DNA of 64,000 nucleotides, from the NCBI GenBank assembly GCA_964016885.1, contig OZ024744.1, positions 8,804,001-8,868,000 of the forward strand, written 5' to 3'. The position numbers were made by a program, and so were the translations under genes. The notes beneath the pieces were generated by a model. The model had not been told where the DNA came from. It ran no database searches and saw only the letters and a list, made by a program, of their open reading frames with translations. This DNA is from Eledone cirrhosa. Lineage: Eukaryota. Of this stretch, positions 52,701 to 64,000 are shown in pieces; positions within the stretch are counted from its first letter, which is position 1; each line of letters opens with the position of its first letter.

Positions 52701-55700
52701 GTAAGTTAATTTTTAAAAAGTTTTTTTAATTTTCTTATTTTACGTCTTTTATATTATTGTTCTGCATCCTCCTGCATTGAACCACCTAGGTACTATGACA
52801 TATCCTGTGTATTTGCTGACATTAGCGTCCATCTGTGCGCATATGTTAGTAGATATACTAAATTCTCTATATTTATCTCCAAATCACTTTGTCGAGCAAA
52901 CCTGCCAAAACCACTACTAAATTTTTGGTGTGTTAGTAGGCTTCTGTCATCTTACCATCCCACTCCTACCGACTAGCCTGAGTGTCACGTGATTCATTCT
53001 TTAGAATCTACCATTTGACCAGTGACAGCGAGATTTTCAGTGCATGGAATCCGGTCCCCGCTAGCTGTTCCATTTACCGAATTATTATTATTTTTATATG
53101 AGTCCCCAGTGTCCGCGCATTGCCTAGAGACTTAGCTGAGAATAGACCTCCCTGATGACGCAATGAATTCTCAATAGTTTATTAAGTAACTGTCTTTATC
53201 CCATTGCAGAAACTAATTAGTTGGAGTGAAAATTTTATTAAAAAGTTAATTTTTAAAATTTTTTTTAAATTTTCTTCTTTTACGTCTTTTATATTATTGT
53301 TCTGCATCCTCCTGCATTGAACCACCTAGGTACTATGACATATCCTGTGTATTTGCTGACATTAGCGTCCATCTGTGCGCATATGTTAGTAGATATACTA
53401 AATTCTCTATATTTATCTCCAAATCACTTTGTCGAGCAAACCTGCCAAAACCACTACTAAATTTTTGGTGTGTTAGTAGGCTTCTGTCATCTTACCATCC
53501 CACTCCTGCCGACTAGCCTCATTGTCACGTGATTGATTCTTTAGAATCTACCATTTGACCAGTGACAGCGAGATTTTCAGTGCATGGAATCCAGTCCCCG
53601 CTAGCTGTTCCATTTACCGAATTATTATTATTTTTATATGAGTCCCCAGTGTCCGCGCATTGCCTGGAGACTTAGCTGAGAATAGACCTCCCTGATGACG
53701 CAATGAATTCTCAACAGTTTATTAAATAACTGTCTTTATCCCATTGCAGAAACTAATTAGTTGGAGTGAAAATTTTAGTAAAAAGTTAATTCTTTTTAAT
53801 TTTTTTTTAATTTTCTTATTTTACGTCTTTTATATTATTGTTCTGCATCCTCCTGCATTGAACCACCTAGGTACTATGACATAACCTGTGTATTTGCTGA
53901 CATTAGCGTACATCTGTGCGCATATGTTAGTAGATATACTAAATTCTCTATATTTATATCCAAATCACTTTGTCGAGCAAACCTGCCAAAACCACTACTA
54001 AATTTTTGGTGTGTTAGTAGGCTTCTGTCATCTTACCATCCCACTCCTACCGACTAGCCTCAGTGTCACGTGATTGATTCTTTAGAATCTACCATTTGAC
54101 CAGTGACAGCGAGATTTTCAGTGCATGGAATCCAGTCCCCGCTAGCTGTTCCGTTTACCGAATTATTATTATTTTTATATTGAGTCCCCAGTGTCCGCGC
54201 ATTGCCTGGAGACTTAGCTGAGCATAGACCTCCCTGATGACGCAATGAATTCTCAACAGTTTATTAAGTAACTGTCTTTATCCCATTGCAGAAACTAATT
54301 AGTTGCAGTGAAAATTTTAGTAAGTTAATTTTTTAAAATTTTTTTAAAATTTTCTTATTTTACGTCTTTTATATTATTGTTCTGCATCCTCCTGCATTGA
54401 ACCACCTAGGTACTATGACATATCCTGTGTATTTGCTGACATTAGCGTCCATCTGTGCGCATATGTTAGTAGATATACTAAATTCTCTATATTTATCTCC
54501 AAATCACTTTGTCGAGTAAACCTGCCAAAACCACTACTAAATTTTTGGTGTGTTAGTAGGCTTCTGTCATCTTACCATCCCACTCCTACCGACTAGCCTC
54601 AGTGTCACGTGATTGATTTTTTAGAATCTACCATTTGACCAGTGACAGCGAGATTTTCAGTGCATGGAATCCAGTCCCCGCTAGCTGTTCCATTTACCGA
54701 ATTATTATTATTTTTATATGAGTCCCCAGTGTCCGCGCATTGCCTGGAGACTTAGCTGAGAATAGACCTCCCTGATGACGCAATGAATTCTCAACAGTTT
54801 ATTACGTAACTGTCTTTATCCCATTGCAGAAACTAATTAGTTGGAGTGAAAATTTTAGTAAGTAAGTTAATTTTTAAAAAGTTTTTTTAATTTTCTTATT
54901 TTACGTCTTTTATATTATTGTTCTGCATCCTCCTGCATTGAACCACCTAGGTACTATGACATAACCTGTGTATTTGCTGACATCAGCGTACATCTGTGCG
55001 CATATGTTAGTAGATATACGAAATTCTCTATATTTATCTCCAAATCACTTTGTCGAGCAAACCTGCCAAAACCAGTACTAAATTTTTGGTGTGTTAGTAG
55101 GCTTCTGTCATCTTACCATCCCACTCCTACCGACTAGCCTCAGTGTCACGTGATTGATTCTTTAGAATCTACCATTTGACCAGTGACAGCGAGATTTTCA
55201 GTGCATGGAATCCAGTCCCCGCTAGCTGTTCCATTTACCGAATTATTATTATTTTTATATGAGTCCCCAGTGTCCGCGCATTGCCTAGAGACTTAGCTGA
55301 GAATAGACCTCCCTGATGACGCAATGAATTCTCAATAGTTTATTAAGTAACTGTCTTTATCCCATTGCAGAAACTAATTAGTTGGAGTGAAAATTTTATT
55401 AAAAAGTTAATTTTTAAAATTTTTATTAAATTTTCTTCTTTTACGTCTTTTATATTATTGTTCTGCATCCTCCTGCATTGAACCACCTAGGTACTATGAC
55501 ATAACGTGTGTATTTGCTGACATTAGCGTACATCTGTGCGCATATGTTAGTAGATATACTAAATTCTCTATATTTATCTCCAAATCACTTTGTCGAGTAA
55601 ACCTGCCAAAACCACTACTAAATTTTTGGTGTGTTAGTAGGCTTCTGTCATCTTACCATCCCACTCCTACCGACTAGCCTCAGTGTCACGTGATTGATTT

Positions 55701-57750
55701 TTTAGAATCTACCATTTGACCAGTGACAGCGAGATTTTCAGTTCATGGAATCCAGTCCCCGCTAGCTGTTCCATTTACCGAATTATTATTATTTTTATAT
55801 GAGTCCCCAGTGTCCGCGCATTGCCTGGAGACTTAGCTGAGAATAGACCTCCCTGATGACGCAATGAATTCTTAACAGTTTATTACGTAACTGTCTTTAT
55901 CCCATTGCAGAAACTAATTAGTTGGAGTGAAAATTTTAGTAAGTAAGTTAATTTTTAAAAAGTTTTTTTAATTTTCTTATTTTACGTCTTTTATATTATT
56001 GTTCTGCATCCTCCTGCATTGAACCACCTAGGTACTATGACATATCCTGTGTATTTGCTGACATTAGCGTCCATCTGTGCGCATATGTTAGTAGATATAC
56101 TAAATTCTCTATATTTATCTCCAAATCACTTTGTCGAGCAAACCTGCCAAAACCACTACTAAATTTTTGGTGTGTTAGTAGGCTTCTGTCATCTTACCAT
56201 CCCACTCCTACCGACTAGCCTGAGTGTCACGTGATTCATTCTTTAGAATCTACCATTTGACCAGTGACAGCGAGATTTTCAGTGCATGGAATCCGGTCCC
56301 CGCTAGCTGTTCCATTTACCGAATTATTATTATTTTTATATGAGTCCCCAGTGTCCGCGCATTGCCTAGAGACTTAGCTGAGAATAGACCTCCCTGATGA
56401 CGCAATGAATTCTCAATAGTTTATTAAGTAACTGTCTTTATCCCATTGCAGAAACTAATTAGTTGGAGTGAAAATTTTATTAAAAAGTTAATTTTTAAAA
56501 TTTTTTTTAAATTTTCTTCTTTTACGTCTTTTATATTATTGTTCTGCATCCTCCTGCATTGAACCACCTAGGTACTATGACATATCCTGTGTATTTGCTG
56601 ACATTAGCGTCCATCTGTGCGCATATGTTAGTAGATATACTAAATTCTCTATATTTATCTCCAAATCACTTTGTCGAGCAAACCTGCCAAAACCACTACT
56701 AAATTTTTGGTGTGTTAGTAGGCTTCTGTCATCTTACCATCCCACTCCTGCCGACTAGCCTCATTGTCACGTGATTGATTCTTTAGAATCTACCATTTGA
56801 CCAGTGACAGCGAGATTTTCAGTGCATGGAATCCAGTCCCCGCTAGCTGTTCCATTTACCGAATTATTATTATTTTTATATGAGTCCCCAGTGTCCGCGC
56901 ATTGCCTGGAGACTTAGCTGAGAATAGACCTCCCTGATGACGCAATGAATTCTCAACAGTTTATTAAATAACTGTCTTTATCCCATTGCAGAAACTAATT
57001 AGTTGGAGTGAAAATTTTAGTAAAAAGTTAATTCTTTTTAATTTTTTTTTAATTTTCTTATTTTACGTCTTTTATATTATTGTTCTGCATCCTCCTGCAT
57101 TGAACCACCTAGGTACTATGACATAACCTGTGTATTTGCTGACATTAGCGTACATCTGTGCGCATATGTTAGTAGATATACTAAATTCTCTATATTTATC
57201 TCCAAATCACTTTGTCGAGCAAACCTGCCAAAACCACTACTAAATTTTTGGTGTGTTAGTAGGCTTCTGTCATCTTACCATCCCACTCCTACCGACTAGC
57301 CTCAGTGTCACGTGATTGATTCTTTAGAATCTACCATTTGACCAGTGACAGCGAGATTTTCAGTGCATGGAATCCAGTCCCCGCTAGCTGTTCCGTTTAC
57401 CGAATTATTATTATTTTTATATTGAGTCCCCAGTGTCCGCGCATTGCCTGGAGACTTAGCTGAGCATAGACCTCCCTGATGACGCAATGAATTCTCAACA
57501 GTTTATTAAGTAACTGTCTTTATCCCATTGCAGAAACTAATTAGTTGCAGTGAAAATTTTAGTAAGTTAATTTTTTAAAATTTTTTTAAAATTTTCTTAT
57601 TTTACGTCTTTTATATTATTGTTCTGCATCCTCCTGCATTGAACCACCTAGGTACTATGACATATCCTGTGTATTTGCTGACATTAGCGTCCATCTGTGC
57701 GCATATGTTAGTAGATATACTAAATTCTCTATATTTATCTCCAAATCACT
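51318..57750 (+). repeat. Recent tandem duplication of a 6-monomer block (period 3242 bp); boundaries approximate
   Basis: gttcatgg occurs at 52501/55743. gattcatt, taaataac, aattcttttt and the tatattgag 1-bp insertion each occur twice, about 3242 bp apart. Confidence 0.9.
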
Positions 57751-59424
57751 TTGTCGAGCAAACCTGCCAAAACCACTACTAAATTTTTGGTGTGTTAGTA
57801 GGCTTCTGTCATCTTACCATCCCACTCCTACCGACTAGCCTGAGTGTCACGTGATTGATTCTTTAGAATCTACCATTTGACCAGTGACAGCGAGATTTTC
57901 AGTGCATGGAATCCAGTCCCCGCTAGCTGTTCCATTTACCGAATTATTATTATTTTTATATGAGTCCCCAGTGTCCGCGCATTGCCTGGAGACTTAGCTG
58001 AGAATAGACCTCCCTGATGACGCAATGAATTCTCAACAGTTTATTACGTAACTGTCTTTATCCCATTGCAGAAACTAATTAGTTGGAGTGAACATTTTAG
58101 TAAGTAAGTTAATTTTTAAAAAAATTTTTAAATCTTCTTATTTTACGTCTTTTATATTATTGTTCTGCATCCTCCTGCATTCAACCACCTAGGTACTATG
58201 ACATAACCTGTGTATTTGCTGACATTAGCGTACATCTGTGCGCATATGTTAGTAGATATACTAAATTCTCTATATTTATCTCCAAATCACTTTGTCGAGT
58301 AAACCTGCCAAAACCACTACTAAATTTTTGGTGTGTTAGTAGGCTTCTGTCATCTTACCATCCCACTCCTACCGACTAGCCTCAGTGTCACGTGATTGAT
58401 TTTTTAGAATCTACCATTTGACCAGTGACAGCGAGATTTTCAGTGCATGGAATCCAGTCCCCGCTAGCTGTTCCATTTACCGAATTATTATTATTTTTAT
58501 ATGAGTCCCCAGTGTCCGCGCATTGCCTGGAGACTTAGCTGAGAATAGACCTCCCTGATGACGCAATGAATTCTCAACAGTTTATTACGTAACTGTCTTT
58601 ATCCCATTGCAGAAACTAATTAGTTGGAGTGAAAATTTTAGTAAGTAAGTTAATTTTTAAAAAGTTTTTTTAATTTTCTTATTTTACGTCTTTTATATTA
58701 TTGTTCTGCATCCTCCTGCATTGAACCACCTAGGTACTATGACATAACCTGTGTATTTGCTGACATCAGCGTACATCTGTGCGCATATGTTAGTAGATAT
58801 ACGAAATTCTCTATATTTATCTCCAAATCACTTTGTCGAGCAAGCCTGCCAAAACCAGTACTAAATTTTTGGTGTGTTAGTAGGCTTCTGTCATCTTACC
58901 ATCCCACTCCTACCGACTAGCCTCAGTGTCACGTGATTGATTCTTTAGAATCTACCATTTGACCAGTGACAGCGAGATTTTCAGTGCATGGAATCCAGTC
59001 CCCGCTAGCTGTTCCATTTACCGAATTATTATTATTTTTATATGAGTCCCCAGTGTCCGCGCATTGCCTGGAGACTTAGCTGAGAATAGACCTCCCTGGT
59101 GACGCAATGAATTCTCAACAGTTTATTACGTAACTGTCTTTATCCCATTGCAGAAACTAATTAGTTGGAGTGAACATTTTAGTAAGTAAGTTAATTTTTA
59201 AAAAAATTTTTAAATCTTCTTATTTTACGTCTTTTATATTATTGTTCTGCATCCTCCTGCATTGAACCACCTAGGTACTATGACATAACCTGTGTATTTG
59301 CTGACATTAGCGTACATCTGTGCGCATATGTTAGTAGATATACTAAATTCTCTATATTTATCTCCAAATCACTTTGTCGAGTAAACCTGCCAAAACCACT
59401 ACTAAATTTTTGGTGTGTTAGTAG

Positions 59425-62400
59425 GCTTCTGTCATCTTACCATCCCACTCCTACCGACTAGCCTCAGTGTCACGTGATTGATTTTTTAGAATCTACCATT
59501 TGACCAGTGACAGCGAGATTTTCAGTGCATGGAATCCAGTCCCCGCTAGCTGTTCCATTTACCGAATTATTATTATTTTTATATGAGTCCCCAATGTCCG
59601 CGCATTGCCTGGAGACTTAGCTGAGAATAGACCTCCCTGATGACGCAATGAATTCTCAACAGTTTATTACGTAACTTTCTTTATACCATTGCAGAAACTA
59701 ATTAGTTGGAGTGAAAATTTTAGTAAGTAAGTTAATTTTTAAAAAGTTTTTTTAACTTTCTTATTTTACGTCTTTTATATTATTGTTCTGCATCCTCCTG
59801 CATTGAACCACCTAGGTACTATGACATAACCTGTGTATTTGCTGACATCAGCGTACATCTGTGCGCATATGTTAGTAGATATACGAAATTCTCTATATTT
59901 ATCTCCAAATCACTTTGTCGAGCAAACCTGCCAAAACCAGTACTAAATTTTTGGTGTGTTAGTAGGCTTCTGTCATCTTACCATCCCACTCCTACCGACT
60001 AGCCTCAGTGTCACGTGATTGATTCTTTAGAATCTACCATTTGACCAGTGACAGCGAGATTTTCAGTGCATGGAATCCAGTCCCCGCTAGCTGTTCCATT
60101 TACCGAATTATTATTATTTTTATATGAGTCCCCAGTGTCCGCGCATTGCCTAGAGACTTAGCTGAGAATAGACCTCCCTGATGACGCAATGAATTCTCAA
60201 TAGTTTATTAAGTAACTGTCTTTATCCCATTGCAGAAACTAATTAGTTGGAGTGAAAATTTTATTAAAAAGTTAATTTTTAAAATTTTTTTTTAATTTTC
60301 TTCTTTTACGTCTTTTATATTATTGTTCTGCATCCTCCTGCATTGAACCACCTAGGTACTATGACATAACGTGTGTATTTGCTGACATTAGCGTACATCT
60401 GTGCGCATATGTTAGTAGATATACTAAATTCTCTATATTTATCTCCAAATCACTTTGTCTAGCAAACCTTCCAAAACCACTACTAAATTTTTGGTGTGTT
60501 AGTAGGCTTCTGTCATCTTACCATCCCACTCCTGCCGACTAGCCTCATTGTCACGTGATTGATTCTTTAGAATCTACCATTTGACCAGTGACAGCGAGAT
60601 TTTCAGTGCATGGAATCCAGTCCCCGCTAGCTGTTCCATTTACCGAATTATTATTATTTTTATATGAGTCCCCAGTGTCCGCGCATTGCCTGGAGACTTA
60701 GCTGAGAATAGACCTCCCTGATGACGCAATGAATTCTCAACAGTTTATTAAGTAACTGTCTTTATCCCATTGCAGAAACTAATTAGTTGGAGTGAACATT
60801 TTAGTAAGTAAGTTAATTTTTAAAAAATTTTTTAAATCTTCTTATTTTACGTCTTTTATATTATTGTTCTGCATCCTCCTGCATTCAAACACCTAGGTAC
60901 TATGACATAACCTGTGTATTTGCTGACATTAGCGTACATCTGTGCGCATATGTTAGTAGATATACTAAATTCTCTATATTTATCTCCAAATCACTTTGTC
61001 GAGTAAACCTGCCAAAACCACTACTAAATTTTTGGTGTGTTAGTAGGCTTCTGTCATCTTACCATCCCACTCCTACCGACTAGCCTCAGTGTCACGTGAT
61101 TGATTTTTTAGAATCTACCATTTGACCAGTGACAGCGAGATTTTCAGTGCATGGAATCCAGTCCCCGCTAGCTGTTCCATTTACCGAATTATTATTATTT
61201 TTATATGAGTCCCCAGTGTCCGCGCATTGCCTGGAGACTTAGCTGAGAATAGACCTCCCTGATGACGCAATGAATTCTCAACAGTTTATTACGTAACTGT
61301 CTTTATCCCATTGCAGAAACTAATTAGTTGGAGTGAAAATTTTAGTAAGTAAGTTAATTTTTAAAAAGTTTTTTTAATTTTCTTATTTTACGTCTTTTAT
61401 ATTATTGTTCTGCATCCTCCTGCATTGAACCACCTAGGTACTATGACATATCCTGTGTATTTGCTGACATTAGCGTCCATCTGTGCGCATATGTTAGTAG
61501 ATATACTAAATTCTCTATATTTATCTCCAAATCACTTTGTCGAGCAAACCTGCCAAAACCACTACTAAATTTTTGGTGTGTTAGTAGGCTTCTGTCATCT
61601 TACCATCCCACTCCTACCGACTAGCCTGAGTGTCACGTGATTGATTCTTTAGAATCTACCATTTGACCAGTGACAGCGAGATTTTCAGTGCATGGAATCC
61701 AGTCCCCGCTAGCTGTTCCATTTACCGAATTATTATTATTTTTATATGAGTCCCCAATGTCCGCGCATTGCCTGGAGACTTAGCTGAGAATAGACCTCCC
61801 TGATGACGCAATGAATTCTCAACAGTTTATTACGTAACTGTCTTTATCCCATTGCAGAAACTAATTAGTTGGAGTGAAAATTTTAGTAAGTAAGTTAATT
61901 TTTAAAAAGTTTTTTTAACTTTCTTATTTTACGTCTTTTATATTATTGTTCTGCATCCTCCTGCATTGAACCACCTAGGTACTATGACATAACCTGTGTA
62001 TTTGCTGACATCAGCGTACATCTGTGCGCATATGTTAGTAGATATACGAAATTCTCTATATTTATCTCCAAATCACTTTGTCGAGCAAACCTGCCAAAAC
62101 CAGTACTAAATTTTTGGTGTGTTAGTAGGCTTCTGTCATCTTACCATCCCACTCCTACCGACTAGCCTCAGTGTCACGTGATTGATTCTTTAGAATCTAC
62201 CATTTGACCAGTGACAGCGAGATTTTCAGTGCATGGAATCCAGTACCCGCTAGCTGTTCCATTTACCGAATTATTATTATTTTTATATGAGTCCCCAGTG
62301 TCCGCGCATTGCCTAGAGACTTAGCTGAGAATAGACCTCCATGATGACGCAATGAATTCTCAATAGTTTATTAAGTAACTGTCTTTATCCCATTGCAGAA

Positions 62401-63750
62401 ACTAATTAGTTGGAGTGAAAATTTTATTAAAAAGTTAATTTTTAAAATTTTTTTTTAATTTTCTTCTTTTACGTCTTTTATATTATTGTTCTGCATCCTC
62501 CTGCATTGAACCACCTAGGTACTATGACATAACGTGTGTATTTGCTGACATTAGCGTACATCTGTGCGCATATGTTAGTAGATATACTAAATTATCTATA
62601 TTTATCTCCAAATCACTTTGTCTAGCAAACCTTCCAAAACCACTACTAAATTTTTGGTGTGTTAGTAGGCTTCTGTCATCTTACCATCCCACTCCTGCCG
62701 ACTAGCCTCATTGTCACGTGATTGATTCTTTAGAATCTACCATTTGACCAGTGACAGCGAGATTTTCAGTGCATGGAATCCAGTCCCCGCTAGCTGTTCC
62801 ATTTACCGAATTATTATTATTTTTATATGAGTCCCCAGTGTCCGCGCATTGCCTGGAGACTTAGCTGAGAATAGACCTCCCTGATGACGCAATGAATTCT
62901 CAACAGTTTATTAAGTAACTGTCTTTATCCCATTGCAGAAACTAATTAGTTGGAGTGAACATTTTAGTAAGTAAGTTAATTTTTAAAAAAATTTTTAAAT
63001 CTTCTTATTTTACGTCTTTTATATTATTGTTCTGCATCCTCCTGCATTCAACCACCTAGGTACTATGACATAACCTGTGTATTTGCTGACATTAGCGTAC
63101 ATCTGTGCGCATATGTTAGTAGATATACTAAATTCTCTATATTTATCTCCAAATCACTTTGTCGAGTAAACCTGCCACAACCACTACTAAATTTTTGGTG
63201 TGTTAGTAGGCTTCTGTCATCTTACCATCCCACTCCTACCGACTAGCCTCAGTGTCACGTGATTGATTTTTTAGAATCTACCATTTGACCAGTGACAGCG
63301 AGATTTTCAGTGCATGGAATCCAGTCCCCGCTAGCTGTTCCATTTACCGAATTATTATTATTTTTATATGAGTCCCCAGTGTCCGCGCATTGCCTGGAGA
63401 CTTAGCTGAGAATAGACCTCCCTGATGAGGCAATGAATTCTCAACAGTTTATTACGTAACTGTCTTTATCCCATTGCAGAAACTAATTAGTTGGAGTGAA
63501 AATTTTAGTAAGTAAGTTAATTTTTAAAAAGTTTTTTTAATTTTCTTATTTTACGTCTTTTATATTATTGTTCTGCATCCTCCTGCATTGAACCACCTAG
63601 GTACTATGACATATCCTGTGTATTTGCTGACATTAGCGTCCATCTGTGCGCATATGTTAGTAGATATACTAAATTCTCTATATTTATCTCCAAATCACTT
63701 TGTCGAGCAAACCTGCCAAAACCACTACTAAATTTTTGGTGTGTTAGTAG
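59425..63750 (+). repeat. Tandem duplication of a 4-monomer block A-B-E-A/D (period 2163 bp)
   Basis: ccccaatg occurs at 59594/61757. taacttt, acgtgtg with tctagc, cattcaa and the A/D hybrid unit recur at the same spacing. Confidence 0.82.
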
Positions 63751-64000
63751 GCTTCTGTCATCTTACCATCCCACTCCTACCGACTAGCCTGAGTGTCACG
63801 TGATTGATTCTTTAGAATCTACCATTTGACCAGTGACAGCGAGATTTTCAGTGCATGGAATCCAGTCCCCGCTAGCTGTTCCATTTACCGAATTATTATT
63901 ATTTTTATATGAGTCCCCAGTGTCCGCGCATTGCCTGGAGACTTAGCTGAGAATAGACCTCCCTGGTGACGCAATGAATTCTCAACAGTTTATTACGTAA

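Larger units (their letters stand above)
750..63496 (+). ncRNA. About 117 further tandem copies of the hammerhead-like motif, one per monomer (e.g. 750-828, 62877-62955, 63418-63496)
   Basis: The string cctccctgatgacgcaatg...cccattgcagaaactaattagttg(g/c)ag recurs at about +208 from each monomer start. A minority of copies carry core or stem I substitutions. Confidence 0.72.
1..64000. repeat. Tandem satellite DNA array, about 540 bp monomer, about 118.5 copies, head-to-tail, running off both window ends
   Basis: The motif gcttctgtcatcttaccatcccactcc recurs at 1, 542, 1083, 1624, 2165, 2702, 3240 ... 62669, 63210, 63751. 63750/118 gives about 540.3 bp per unit. Copies differ by a few substitutions and by 1-4 bp indels, mostly in the A/T tract. 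No inversion or foreign insert was seen. Confidence 0.99.

Noticed and set aside
1-64000. CRISPR array or prokaryotic repeat system
   Set aside because: There are no unique spacers between short repeats, the entire 540 bp is repeated, and there are no cas genes.

Overview
The whole 64 kb is one uninterrupted, head-to-tail satellite array with all units in the same orientation. It holds about 118 complete monomers of 537-542 bp (mean about 540 bp, about 37% GC by hand count of monomer 1) plus a 250 bp partial unit. No real protein-coding gene, transposon insertion or unique DNA is visible, and the listed ORFs are by-products of the repeat. The main observation is that every monomer carries, on the + strand, a type I hammerhead-ribozyme-like motif at monomer positions 209-287: stem I CUCC/GGAG, core CUGAUGA, stem II GCAAUG/CAUUGC with a nested hairpin, GAAA, a short palindromic stem III (AACUAAUUAGUU) and a GUU cleavage triplet. 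A possible 7-bp pseudoknot links the 5' flank to the stem II loop. This suggests a retrozyme-like or Penelope-derived ribozyme unit amplified into a large, homogenised satellite. Activity is unproven, since the motif has a C-A mismatch at the base of stem II and a weak GUU triplet. Diagnostic variants define five monomer types (A-E) in an underlying 2701 bp 5-mer higher-order repeat, locally rearranged into 2-, 4-, 5-, 6- and 8-mer duplications. The organism cannot be identified from the sequence. All alignments and folds were done by eye.
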